A DNA stretch of 63,345 nt, filler included, from Choristocarpus tenellus KU-1152 (lineage: Eukaryota > Protista > Phaeophyceae), in NCBI GenBank assembly GCA_964200185.2. It is 9 parts of 9 records of this genome, joined end to end, with 100 filler letters (N's around TTAATTAATTAA, not from the genome) between each part and the next. Parts side by side here need not be neighbours in the genome. Positions count along the whole stretch, not along the records: positions 20,743 to 32,060 come from CAXNAD020002385.1; positions 32,161 to 40,062 come from CAXNAD020005422.1; 7 more parts are not named here. One strand, written 5' to 3'. The position numbers were made by a program, and so were the translations under genes. The notes beneath the pieces were generated by a model. The model saw only the letters and a list, made by a program, of their open reading frames with translations, had not been told where the DNA came from and ran no database searches. Below are positions 26,901 to 39,978 of this stretch, piece by piece. The first letter of the stretch is position 1; every line of letters starts with the position of its first letter.

Positions 26901-27334
26901 CTCACCAGTGTTGCCTCCAGGCTAGCATCTCGGAACGGGCGTTTTCCTTCACCAACTACTCCAGGTGCATCATCAGGTGAATGGACAAACGGTTTTTCAA
27001 CATCAGTGTCCTCAAAATTATTGAGAAGAGGCGAGTTCACCAGGTCCCAGAACCTGTCGATAAGGCTGGCTGTCCTCTCCTTATGGCGTTTTATTGAGCC
27101 TGGAGTTGAGCCACCTCCAGTCACGTTGACATTTCCGCGACCCTCGCGTCGAGTCTTATCCGATTTACTGTATCTCCATCCCTTAGTCCAGTTCGAGGAA
27201 TCACCAGGAGTTGACGGTGCGTGGGGAGAGAAAGGAGATATATTCCCTGAATCGACCGCCAGGGATGGGTGGCGATTAGGAGATTTTCCCTTGAAGGGCA
27301 AACTCTGCTGGGAAATAAGGGCCAAAGAGGCCAT
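23959..27334 (-). CDS. Hypothetical protein with a myosin-TH1/PH-like domain split by an acidic insert
   Basis: Exons 27334-26906, 26580-26435, 25846-25297 and 24048-23959 are phase-consistent. The motifs EKRLLVDFVTWVN, RHALLVTDAALYMLE and DIVMHMEGGGYVWLKC...RGALVETL resemble TH1-type PH strands. The last exon is less certain. Confidence 0.7.
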
Positions 27335-28479
27335 TTTTTCTTTGATCAACTAACACTGGTGATCTTAGATAATACACCACTCTCAATCCACCTCAGTCAA
27401 CGCATTACTCAACGAATCCTATGTTTAGTGATTTGAGCATAAGAGTAATCACGTGTAGGGTTAGTTGAGCGTGAACCTCTCTTTTGCTCTCACCACTATT
27501 CACTGCACAGGAACTCTTGAGGTTTGTGTTACAAGTTGTTACAAAAATCCGAAAACGAAGACGATGTGAACGTAATAAAAGTGAGAAACTGAGTTTCTTC
27601 TTCCTACAAATGTAAACCACCACCACAATTACGGACTTAATCCGATACATCGTGGTTAACCGATAACAGAAAGTTTACAATTAGTATGAGTTGCTACCTC
27701 CTTCATCAATACTAACATCCCTTTGAGAGTATTACAACAGTAACCACAAAGATTTTCTGGTCTGACTGATCACGAAATCATTGCAGATTATCACACAAAG
27801 ATGAACCCGATAAAGTATCGTAAGTAGTAAACAACAAAAGTAGTAGGATGAAGGTTTCGATTTTCTGTTCCTATCAAAACATTAAAGAAAATATTGATGG
27901 TAAAAAAGACTCTTTGAAAAAAAGGAAAAACTGAATTTCTAGAATACCTCGTATGATATGATGTTTTAGTGTTCTATGAGTATCTCAATGAAGTGTCAAT
28001 CAGAGGAAAAATGTGGATGAAAGAACCCAAGATCAAGACAGTAAGGAAAACGACTATAACTCTTCTATTTCGAAGTTATTGGTTCGATTCTTGGGTCTTA
28101 TAATTCTATTTTGACAAATATTGTTACGTGTTAATTTGATTATTTATAAAGTAAAATCTAAAATATATAAAAAATCGAAATTGGAGGTGGTAGGAACAGA
28201 ATAATATTGCTTACCATTAGAAATATTGATAGGTGGTTGGAAGTTAAGAGGATACACAACTCATCACCCATTCATTACCCCAAAACACACAGCCCAATAC
28301 CTTACAAAACCATAGTCGTCATAATACACAATTTATATTGAACAATAAGTGAGCGTCAGTGGTGAGGCAATATGCAACATAGTTGATAGGCATAAATGGG
28401 ACGAAATGTGTGGTTGTTGTCTCTCACTACTACTAGTGAGACCAGAGGATTGAAAGAATACAATATAACGATATAACCT

Positions 28480-28810
28480 CAACACCTTCGCAGTGGAAAG
28501 ATTTGTGCGCCTCGGTAAGCAAGCGGAAAGTTTTCTGGATGAGGGAATGGGGGAGAGGGCCGGGAGTCTACAGGAGGAAAGGGGCAGTCAAATCCCGCCT
28601 ACGACGAGTAGTCTCTGTTACAGTGCAGGTGGCCTTGTCTAGATGCGTCATACGTTTATGCTGGAGATACCAGGGAGATGGGTAAGGAGGGGCTTGTTAG
28701 ATTCTTGGGATGCTTCCTTAGCTCCTCACCTTGGGTTGCAGGACTAAGCTAGGTTGGAGGCACAGGAAGGCAGTGGTACAGTATATCTGGCATAAAAATA
28801 GTAAATAGAT
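28480..28810 (+). mobile_element. CRE-like retrotransposon 3'-end fragment
   Basis: CTCAACACCTT...RKGAVKSRLRRVVSVTVQVALSRCV matches 31767-31980. The 3'UTR matches the reverse complement of 13160-13260. Confidence 0.7.
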
Positions 28811-30059
28811 CGATGTTTTTCACATTTATGATAACTGTTACTTTTTTTGGTATTTTTCTGGCATATTAATAGTTTTCATTGGTTTTCCCCCTCACACATC
28901 TACAAAATGTCAGAGGGCATAATAATAAAATATAGGTAACTGTAACTCTTCTTGGTGTACTAGGAGGCCTTTCCTGCAAACAAATACAGACTCTGTTGTT
29001 ATTATTGGGTTTGTTGTATACTTCACCTTCAATGTTTCTTCTTGTGTTCCCTCCACGACAACATCTGTAATATGTCAGTGGGGAAAACAATAGTGTATAT
29101 TCCCTCTGCCCTATATTATGTCGAAAGTTTTCACGGTAGACTAAAAATGGTCAAGATGGTATCGGGTTTTCGTTAAATTCTACGAGAGTTCTTCCAAAAA
29201 GAAAAACCCAGCATGAAGTTACCCTAGAATCTCAGCGAAATACACTTAGTGTACCTATTCTACGCCACCTGCTGCAAGCTGCAAGAATGCCTTGAACCTT
29301 CCCGATGGGCTTATTTTTTCTCAATCTTCCAAACTTGTTCGAACTGATGATGTTAAACGAAGTATATAACATACGTTTTGCGTAAGAAGAGGCCGTGTTT
29401 TATTCTTTTTTAGTGATGACAGAGATATTATGAGTAGATGCAAATGTCGATGGGTCCTTGACCATCTTTGTAGGGCAAGGGTAGGAGCATAGGAGCAGTG
29501 TCGACATGTGTTCGTAGGGAACAATCGCACAGGCGACTTTGTTGTGTGGTTATTGATGTTATAAATTTAGGAAATATTGTTATAGGCGCCCCTCAAAGCT
29601 TACCTAATGGCGTTTATGAAACCGCCATCAAGACATGTCGCCTGTAACAGTATGTTGGAAACAACTATACTAAAACCAAAGTCCTCGTAGTTTTCATATT
29701 ATTTCTCCCCTCACTATCTCCAGAATCTGAGGTGGCAAAATATACTATATACTGTACTATGTAGTAGATGCAAACAAGATAAACTTTTTATAGTCTGTTT
29801 GGGGTAGGTAGTTTCCCTTATGGGACAAGTGGTTCTATCAAGATGCATCATGCTTTTCAAACTAGAGGACGAGGGGCAGATTAACAAGAAGTGTCTGACA
29901 TGTATTCTGGAGATGCCTCTGTGGCTCCTCGTTCACCTTCATAGGGCTAAGCTAAGTTAGAACCATAGTAGTGTACACATTGCTTAATAGTTAACAATCT
30001 TTAGGAAACATTGTTGTATTGTTGGTTAAACTGCACTACTATATCTGCTTCCGAGCAGC

Positions 30060-32017
30060 TGAAGACATATCTACTCGAGGTTTCTTCGCTGTACCTTCCC
30101 AGGACCACCAGCTCACGCTCTCGGAACTGGAATTCCTAGCCACAGGGGGAATCAACCTAGTTTCGGACCCAAATGGTCTTGCCACTCTAGGGGCTACAGT
30201 AGAGGCGGATGGATTAACCCGAGCCCACATGGATGGGGTATTTAGAGGTCTGGGTCACGGATGCTGGCCACGCGCCTGAGTGAGAGTGAAAGTATCTTAG
30301 AGGGTACGAGTTTTGCCCTGTTTGTCCATTTAGAGCTTGGCTGGCTTTTTTATGGCATTTTCCTACTCCAAAATATTTTGGAGTAGGTAAAATTTATGCG
30401 TTATGAAAAAGTGTGTCCGGAACAAGGATATTGACACTTACTAACAAAAACGATAGCCAAAATTACATCAAAATTACATCAAAATTGCAACATTATATTT
30501 TGGCCCCCAAATGGACGTGGCCCTACGCTCTAATGTACTTTCGCTCTGAGACGGAGGATAAATAAGTTGCTTAGTTCCTCAACTCCTGTTCCCTCTCTTC
30601 CAGCTTAGGTTGTTTGACAAGGGTCACTCCCCCCCACCTGGCACGTTCCATCATGGAACAAGCCGACAACACTTCACTGTGGATGCTAGAGAGGATAATG
30701 GAGGTAGCAGACTCAGCTGGAGCCACTGACTTCTTCGATGGGGTGTGTGGAAATGGATCTCTTCGCCTGGAAATTCATCAACAAGTGCAGGCACAGATGC
30801 CCACAAGTTCGGGAGGGTTGGTCCCATCCTCCACGAAACATCACCAGCATGTAGCCTTTGTAGGATCACTGGTGGCCACTCTCCCCACCCTTCTAGGAAG
30901 GCAATAAGGGCCCCATGGAGAGGCTTTCTCACAAGCCATCCGTAAGAGTCCCACAATTTGAGCCCTGGGATCACCCATCCACACCCTCCTCTCGACAGGA
31001 GTCCCTCCAGAAGATTTGGAATGAGTTATTGATCAAGGTTAGATACCCTGGGGGGGAACAACAACCCCTACCCCCTGTCCCAGAGGTCCACACTGTAGCA
31101 GCCCACAACCCCAGGATTCCAAGGAAGGCACAACATGAGACCAACCGCCTCCTGGAAAGGATCCGGTTTGACTTTTTCCGGGTGCAATTGACCAACCTAC
31201 CAGACGATGCAGAACAAGATAGGGAGATCTCTTCACTAGCTCTGGCCGACCACTGGAATCAGTGTGAACAAGGGGCCAATGCATGGGCCTCCACACTACC
31301 CGTGAAATCAGCACGCAAGATTCCTCCCATAGAGTTTAGACTCACCCTCAGCAGATTATACGGAGGCTCGAACAGGTGCCCAGTGGCTTGGTGCTGCAGG
31401 AAGTATAGTGTCGGAACTTGACACGCTCCTAGCTGCCCTAAGGCAGGGGGACAGGTACGACAGCACGTGTAGATGGTTAAGTGTCTAGGTCAACTCTGTA
31501 AAGGAATGGGCATCCCTTGCGCTATGGAGGACGGTAGCCCATACATGGTGAACAGGAGTTCCGCAAGGGTGTAGTCTTCCATGCTGGACCACGCTGGATA
31601 AGCTCCCTGCCAGGACAAAGGCCTCCTCCTGGATGTTACGTTTGCAGAAGTGCATGCAGCCTCCCACTTGCCACTCTCATCCACCAGCAATGGTGTAGCC
31701 CCTGCTGCCGCCAAATTGAGAAAACGCACCCACTACGAGGGTTCTTTTGATATTCGTAGTTTTAACCTCAACACCTTGGCAGGGGCAAGTTTGGGGTGCC
31801 TCGAAAAGCAAGCAGAAAGTTCTCGACGTGAGTTGGCCATACACGCAGTAGGGGGGAGAGGGGCAGGAGGTTCTAGCAGGAAAGGGCCTGTCAAATCCGG
31901 TTATGACAGATAGTGCCTATCACCACAGAAGTGGTTCTCTCAGGACGTACCATGTGTTTCAAGCTGGAGACACCAGGGAGATGGACAAGAAGAACTCTGT
32001 CGGATTCTTGGGATGGT
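30060..32017 (+). mobile_element. 5'-truncated, decayed CRE-clade non-LTR retrotransposon (RT thumb/tether plus zinc knuckle/RLE endonuclease), interrupted by MITE-A
   Basis: GLATLGATV...; LTRVTPP; QAQMP.SSGGL..S...AFVGS; ANAWASTLP...IPPIEFRLTLSR; CPKAGGQVRQH; LLDVTFAEVHA...AAAKLRKRTHY...NTLA...G. These are motifs typical of CRE/R2-group elements. Multiple stops and frameshifts. Confidence 0.75.
30284..30546. mobile_element. MITE family A, copy 2, nested in the CRE-like element
   Basis: GAGTGAAAGTATCTTAGAGGGTACG...TAATGTACTTTCGCTC, flanked by TGA/TGA. Removing the element plus one TGA rejoins the host frame (RLSETEDK). Confidence 0.9.
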
Positions 32018-32264
32018 TGAAAGAATCTGGGGGGGGGGGTGCCAGCTGTCTATTCGGGGCNNNNNNNNNNNNNNNNNNNNNNNNNNNNNNNNNNNNNNNN
32101 NNNNTTAATTAATTAANNNNNNNNNNNNNNNNNNNNNNNNNNNNNNNNNNNNNNNNNNNNCCATTCTCCTGAATGCCTTCTCACCCACCAGTCTTTTTGT
32201 GCCCCCCCCCCCCATGCACTCTGATGGAACTTTTGATTTGTATTTTGCCTTGCTTGGCCGACAG

Positions 32265-33172
32265 TGGGGCACTCACTGTGTGGGGCGCAAGTCAGATGAT
32301 GTTGCAATAATGGTACCATGCGCTCAGGGCTTTGAGCACATGTCCATGGCAGTTCCCCAAACTATGCCACCAGAACAGGTGAGTATTGCGTAATGATATG
32401 CTAATACATATTTCGGGTTTGGCTAGTGTGTAATGAGAACAACATTCTACAGATTCTGCAGTTACAGGTTAATCTTACACAAGGTCATTGTTCGGTGGGC
32501 ACTCCTCATCGTGAGCATCAATTTTTTTTCTTTGAGACAGGACCAAGCCGTATCAGCCTATAGGAAAAAAAATACCTTTTTGTGTGGTTTAGTTAAGAGA
32601 GCTGGTAAGATATACCTCACTGTACCCTTACTTGGAGGTGCACATCCAGTGTCCATGGTCCACAGCTCTATTGGATAGGCCTGTTGGCAGAGACAAGGAT
32701 TGCTTGTAAAATGCACTCGTTACTCCCCAATTTGAGTAGAACATGTGTATGTATACTTTGCACTTTTTCTTGTGTTGGTTCACGTGATAAGCCACATTGG
32801 CGGGTGCTGACTGGAAAATTTGTTTGGGACCCTGTGCCACTGTCAGTGCTGTTGAGAACATGTAAGATGAAGTACTTTTTTTTTCTGTGTTCTTCAATTG
32901 GGAGAGCCTAAGAGTTCAAGGTATTGTGTATTGTTTCCCCGTGTGTAGTCTTTTGGAATATTATTGTTTCAGAAGTAAGTAGGCATGGTTTTGTTCTTTA
33001 CACTCTACTTGAATGTTTGCTGGTCCTCCCCCATATGTTTTCACTCCGCTGTGGCTCAAAAAGAATGAGAGAACCTTGCCACACGGGCACCTCTAGAGCT
33101 TTCTTGCTTTCGGCAGGAATAACCCCTAAGAGTGGGGAGAGACAGATTGCACTGGCAGGAGAACACTGTTGA
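32265..33172 (+). CDS. C-terminal three exons of an unknown gene (5' part beyond the contig start)
   Basis: Exons 32265-32378, 32541-32604 and 33117-33172 have cag/gtgagt and cag/gtaaga sites and consistent phase: WGTHCVGRKSDDVAIMVPCAQGFEHMSMAVPQTMPPEQDQAVSAYRKKNTFLCGLVKRAGITPKSGERQIALAGEHC*. Confidence 0.55.
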
Positions 33173-35553
33173 CAAACTCAAGGAGGGTGGTTGCACTTGT
33201 TTGACTGAAAATCGACTGAACTTGCACATTGACATGCAACACCTCCTGGATGTACGCTGAGAAAGGCGGATTTTGTGCGGAATTTTTGTCCACATGTTGT
33301 TCTGGTGTCCCTTTGCAGGTTCATGTGTCTGAAAGGGAGGCAGGCAGCTTTGTACACGGACGAGGTCGCAGTGGCATGATGTCCCGACACATTTAAATAT
33401 ACTTGTTGAAAGGAGGGTACTTCAATGGGGATGGAAAGTTGTGTTTCTGTGGTGCCACTCTGTGGTGTCACTGTGTGCTATGGTTCAATCGCCCTTTGTC
33501 TGCATGCATTGGAGTACACTACTACACCTCAATTTTTGTATATGTGTAGATTCTGAGAATAGAGAACATTTCTAGATTATTTTTCAACTTCAGAGATGTC
33601 TTGCTTTGTGGAAGTGGTTAGTGTCCATGAAAGACGGATTGTCATGAGTGCTGGATGACGTTATGTTGGCTGTGGGAACTGGTTGAAATGGAGGGGTGAT
33701 GGAGGAATTAGGGCCCATGTCTAACAGCAATAATTTCATGCCGAAAAATCCAAAAAAGTTCCAATTAAAAAAAAAACATAATGGAAACGGGATAGGAACG
33801 GAGCTTGAATTTTGAAAAGACGGAAATTTCGGAAATTTGTTTATTGTCATCAGCAATGGGCCTAGTTGTATGGCAGCATCAACATAGAGAGGAGCTCTGT
33901 CAGTCAATCTTCTGCTGATGTGTATACAGAGTTGGTGACGGATGATGATGGTAGATTATATTGCTCTTGTTTGAGGGTTGGTGTCTGCAGCCTATATTCT
34001 CTTTGATGACAGCTGACAACCAAGGGGAAACAAGAGCGTGTATGTTGCACAGACTTGGAATCATATATACAAGTGGCACAATATAGAGGTCTGTTTTTGA
34101 GTGATTGGTGATTGGTGCCAACATGAGAGTGAGGGGCATTTTGTGTTGAGTGCATCCACATAGACCCATGCATAATTGACCATCTTGTAGGTATAGCTAC
34201 ACTCTTGTTCCTCGACATTGGCATGTATGCCTTGTGATGCACAAGATGCCTGTTTATTGTTTGGAAGTGACTGCTGAGGTGGATTTTTGCTTCATTGACT
34301 CCCTTGCAGTCAAGGATACACTTATCGCACCCTAACGTGGTATTATGCTTTGGTTGGTGCAATGCATGCCATATATACCTCTCTACATTCTGAGTGAACA
34401 GATGTGCTTCTTGTTAGGTATCAGGACTGTATCTTGACTGTGAGGGGCTTTCTGCCTAATACTTTATCCCTCCACTCCCCACTTCAGACTTTGGGATCAT
34501 TTGTCAGTGTCTCTCCCTCAGCAATGATCTCTGACCATGAGGGTATTGGTATCCCACTGTCATCATTATTGGCTGGTTCTGAGGGAGTATGTGTGTCTAC
34601 ATACATGGTCATGATGCCCATTCCTCAGTCTTACCTGAAAATGTTGACTGAGGTGAGGGGGAGTGATAACTCACGCTGCAGTACTTGCCCACCTTGTTGA
34701 CAAAGAACTAGTTGGCCAACACCTTCAAGACACCCTTGTCAACACTCGACACAGCTTTTTTCCCCTGTCCAATGGTCATGCAATTGATTTCTGTTTTGAA
34801 ATATATAATAATATATATATCTTGCATTGCTATTACTCGGTGATGGTCATATTTGGCAGGTCTTTGAAGTCATGCCTTGTTCCTTGGTAGCCTCTCTTTG
34901 CAACACATAAATGTTTTGCTGGAGGAGAGAGCAGAATAAACCTTTATGGTGGTTGCCTTTTCTTAACTACCACCCTCTACAATATATAGCACACACAATG
35001 AGGCTGTACACTTGGGTGCACATGTAATACGAGTAGTAACAATGGTCTCTGTTATTTTATTTTTAGGGCGTTTAGTTCCACTGTATCTCGCATACACCTT
35101 AATTACATAGCTACCTGTGAAAAACTGTGGTACTACCTAGCTGCTCTTGCTTATTTTGATTGTAGCAAGAGTTATAATATTAGCAACCCTTGTTGCACAA
35201 TGTATTGTTGTAATAATTATGGCCTTCGAACAAACACTTTTCCAGTTTAGGTTTCACCTACTGACGTTTTTTTACTCTGCTTCTTATTATTATGCACACT
35301 GTGCTGTTTACAACTGTGTTCCGTTTCTGGGTGTCGCTTTACATTTTGCAGACAGCTTGCTGTTCATCAGCACAATATTTGAGAATCACTATGCTTGACT
35401 GACTCGTTCTTCTTCTGGGGGTGGCAACAAGCAAAACAGAGAGTTGGCGGGACTTTAACCAGCGACCTCGAGATAGTATGACTAATGTGATAAATCACTG
35501 CACTATGACTCTAACTTCGAGAAAATGTAATAATATCACCTTAAAGCTTAACC

Positions 35554-35590
35554 CAACGCTGGCTCAACGCTGGCTCAACGCTGGCTCAAC
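35554..35590. repeat. 11-bp tandem repeat (CAACGCTGGCT)x3
   Basis: cccaacgctggctcaacgctggctcaacgctggctcaac. Confidence 0.9.
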
Positions 35591-36189
35591 AACACCATGC
35601 ATATCTCAACGTACCATTCAACGTTTCGGTTTCACTTTGTTGTGTAGATTCACACCTCTCCATAATTTTTCTATTTCAATAATTCTGCGCGCACAGATCC
35701 CTACTATAAAGATTCCTACTGGTTCAATCCCGTTCACGTCCAAGAAGTCAGTACACAACATTGTTGCAATTTGCAACTTGAACCGCTCTTTAGGACCTAC
35801 TGGGTTGGTCAGAAGTGGCACTTTGCACTAGGATCCAGCACTTTGAGCCTAATCTTAAGAAGGAATACAAGAACAAGGAAGAGCTGAGGCAAAGTGGTAG
35901 CAGGAGGAGCTTCCTGGATGTTAAAACGCCAATAACATAAGATGGATCATGAACAAAAACAATCCGTAGTAGAGGTGAAAACCCAAATTTGCACCCCCGA
36001 AACTTTTCGATGCGAGTGTAGTGGACCATCCTGTTCTATTTGGTCTTCTCAGTGCAATGGTGGGTGAGGGAGACAAACATTTTTGATTGGATACGCCCCT
36101 GAACGACTTGTTCCGTCTCAATTCAGGATCCCACCTCGACCGCAGCTAAGGATAGCCCTGGGACGGACCGTTCTTCTTGCTCGGGAAGG

Positions 36190-39100
36190 ATGATAGATCA
36201 TGTGAGAGAGAATGAGATTACTGTTGCTAACGAGAGTCTCGGTGCCACCGACTACAACTCCCAAGTCGTTGGTCGGGAGCTGAACGAGCTTCGTGCAGTG
36301 TTCAACGATATAACTGGGTGAGCTGACACAAAGTTAAGATTGCACCGCAATTTGACCCTTTCAGTCCATTCTCTTTTCCCCCTTCGCAACCCGACCACGA
36401 AGAAAGGGTGTGTGTTCGAAATCTGCTGGTACTCCTCAGTCCCTTCTCTCTTTTGTCGCAAAAAGCATCTAGCATAATACTGTTGCCTTGTGTTCATCCA
36501 CTTATATTACATTGCATCTTCATAGAGCATAAAACATTTCCCAAGGGAAATGGCCTGGAACGGGGGGGTAGAGCAATGAATAAATTAATTTCTTTTGTCA
36601 ATCGGTACCATCGTAATGGCGGCCACACCCTTCAATCAGCCCTCCGGACAAAAATGCGACCCCAAAGTCCCGCTTTCTTCGTTTCTATGGGCGTATGAGC
36701 ACATATTTCATGCATGGGCCCCTCGAACAGGTCGAAGCAGGAGTTGGAGCTGCATACCATACTGGCACTCCCAGAAGTAATGGCACAACTGGATGCAGGG
36801 GACATCTCAACAGAGACCCTGGAATGCGTGTGGCTGGAGGCGGCAGCATCCTCAAAGGTGAAACTGGATTTGATGACCGTTGGTGCTCGCTCTTGTATCT
36901 TCTCTTTGTGGCTACTGACATAGGCCTTTCTTGGAGAGCTGAGTGGAAGCATACATTGTGCAAGGACAATGACCTCCTCCCTTAAACCTCCCTTCCTCCT
37001 CCTCTGCCCTCCTTCACACAGCATACAGCTACTGGAACTATGGAGAAAGCAGCAGGCAGATGCTGCAGGGGATCCTGGGGTGTCCCTAGCCGCCTTACAT
37101 TTGAGGGTTTTATTTCATTCCTTGACTTGTGTGAACAGAGGATCCCCACTGCCAAGGGTAAGGAGAGCATGATGAATCGCTTCCATTGTTCATGGTCTAC
37201 CTGGTTTACCACTGCTTCTGCAGCGTCCTCCTCCATCACCCCAATGTTATGATTTCGATGACTGTGACATCATCGTTGCTTAGTCAACCCCCTTGTTAAG
37301 CCTCATTATCCCTCACACCACAATGCAACTATTTCAAAATGACCCCAGAAGATCATCTCACACTCTGTTCGGCACCCCCTTGAAACAGGCCTTTTGAAAG
37401 ATCATTCCTGGTTTTCTCCTCAGACACCCATGCAGGGCTCTTTCTAATGCCCCCCTTTGCCCTTCCTGTTTATTTCCCTCCCCTTACCACTCTTCCATTA
37501 CTCAGCGCATCATTTTGTTCGTGCCCTTGCTTCTTACATGTATTATGCAACCCTTGCTTGGGCCATGCTTGCTACTCACTAACCGACCCACTCACCCCTT
37601 TCCGCGCCTATATTTGTACATGCTTGTTGTTCCCACTGAAAACACGACTGATATTCCCAGTCCTCTTGCCTCCACCTCTCTCCTCTCCTTCCTTCTGTTC
37701 TCCATGCCAATGCTGCTGCTTGATTCCCATTGCCGGGCACGCATGTTGTCCACTGCATCATTGGAGACAGATACAGAGACTCAGACACGCAAAGAGGGTG
37801 AAATAGAGGACAGAAGCCTTGGCAAGGAGCTCTTGGCGGCAAAGCACCATGCCATTGCCATGATGCGTTCGACCTTAACAGTCCACCAACGTAATGAAAC
37901 AGTCAACCAAAGGGTGAGATATAATATGCCTGTGTTGATTTGTGTGTTTGTGGGATGTAATTGTGTGAGTATCAGATTCAGAGAGGGTTGCCCCATTGCT
38001 TTGTATCCCTTTAATATATTATGTACCCTCTTCCATATGGTATGGTCATCTCTATTTATTTTTTCATTTCAAACTCAGTACTGATTCTACTCTCTCTCCT
38101 CCCCTCAGTCTCCTCACTCTGGTCTCTCCTCTGTCTATCGTAACTCCATTCACACAGCTTCCCAGGTAACTAGACAAACTACTTCCCTAAATACCCTGGG
38201 TAGTGCTTCTTTCTACTCAGTCTCCTAGACTCACCTTTTCCTATGTCCCTAGCCACCCTCTGACGAGGAAACTCATGGCCATCCTTCTCAATCAGTCGTT
38301 GTCTCATGACACCTGAATGTCTAAAAAGCCCGATTGATTCTCATATTTGTTCAAAAATGTGCCCTCTACCCATAGTTTCCTGACCTGCAGTCCCCAACCC
38401 CTTAAGATTGCTCAACCTCAGCTTGATCCCATTCTCCCAACCCATCTTACTTCTCCAATACTTGGGTAGCACCGCCCCCCCCCTCTTTCGAGATTGCTGA
38501 TCTCCTCTTCTTTGTCATTGTTGCACCCAATGTGTCACTGGGGACTCCCACCTTCAAGCAGGAGGAGGGTGGAACTGGAGGAAAGAGTCAGATAAGGGGC
38601 AAGGATTTGCATGCGGCCATGGTGCGCTCAGCTGTGGAGGCAGGTCTGGCCCGACATACTGAGGAGGGATTTCATGAGCTGGAGAGGACTGGTGTCTACA
38701 AGCCATCAGCTGTGGCTGCAGGGCTTGAACGTAGCCTTGCCAAGGTATCTACACATTTCATGTTTCATGTTGTGCCATGTGACTGCAACAGTCTTGGAAT
38801 TTTATGTCTGTTGCCTGTGATGAAACATTAATATTGTGTGTGCACTATGTGTGAAACTTGATTGGTTGTTTATTGCTGGGATGGATTGATGTGTTATTGA
38901 CTTCAAGTGGATGGGGCAAGCAATCTGGTGTTTGGAATAGTTCCCTTGAGGCTACACCCTCTGTAGAAACAGAGGGAAGTTAGAGAGCCTTTGATATTCA
39001 GTTTTTTGTAGTGTTTTGTAGCCCAGAGTTTCTAGAGAGGTCACCTCTACCTTGTCCTCTCACTGCTTCTGATCATAGACTATAAAAAGGGCATAGTGTA

Positions 39101-39978
39101 GAGAGGACTAAAGTGATTACCTACTTTCCTATCCCCTATTCTTGTGTTATCCACAGAGAGTATATCTTCAGCCTCTGATGACCCCCACCCACCCCATCTC
39201 AACTCCCATGAAATCACAGTTTTTGCACTTTTTTTTTGAATAACCAAGACCCCCTACATTGCAGATTTGTTCTCTTTCCCACAGCATAGAATATCCTCCG
39301 TGATTGCTTACCTGTGTTCTCTACCTCCTACCCCCTGCTGCTACTCTTACCTCCCCTGGTTTCAACTTATATCCAGATGTCACTGAACAAGCTTCTAAGT
39401 GGCCAGAGATCACACGATATTCTTGTGAACACTGGTATCCTTCTTGAGCAGACGCCCGTTGAACACATGTTGGAGAGGGCTGTGGTGTCTGACCATGTGA
39501 AGCATCAACTGCAGAAGCGCTCGTCACTTGAAGAGCTCCAGGAGCGTGGAGTGATTCAGGTTGTCAGGTTGAGAAGAGACATGAGGGGCTTCAGAACTCA
39601 CAAACGTATTGCCTGTTCACCCGCCTATAATACACATATACACACACACATACACATATATATATGTATAATTGCAAAAAAAAAATCTGTCACTGTTAAA
39701 AAATATCCCATGAAAGAGTCTCATTTCAATGGCAATGATAAAGATAATATGCAGCTGAGTTACTGGGTTAGGTGACGACATCCCTCTTGAGGTGATACAG
39801 TCGTTTCCCAGTGGTAGTACAGTGCCTGTCTCTGTTTCTGAGATCATTTATGAGGGCTCCCTTCCCCTCCCCCCAGGGGTGCAACCCTAAAGTTAAGGAG
39901 GTGGAGCGGGCGTTCTTGACTTCCAAACTGAAGCACAACCTTGAGCACAGGAGCAATTTGGAAGAGTTGCGAGCGCAG
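36190..39978 (+). CDS. RPEL-like repeat protein with an N-terminal degenerate EF-hand-like region, 3'-truncated
   Basis: Exons 36190-36317, 36731-36857, 37022-37157, 37771-37913, 38562-38744, 39377-39559 and 39877-39978 are phase-consistent. Repeats LSGQRSHDILVNTGIL, LQKRSSLEELQERGVI and LEHRSNLEELRAQ resemble RPEL (LxxRPxxxELxxRxIL). ELRAVFNDITG and LTFEGFISFL are EF-hand-like. Confidence 0.75.

Noticed and set aside
34440-36029. Minus-strand gene divergent from the RPEL gene (MVHYTRIEKFRG..., CKVPLLTNP..., GKKAVSSVDK...)
   Set aside because: Exon-like pieces exist but could not be joined without stops, and there is no recognisable domain.
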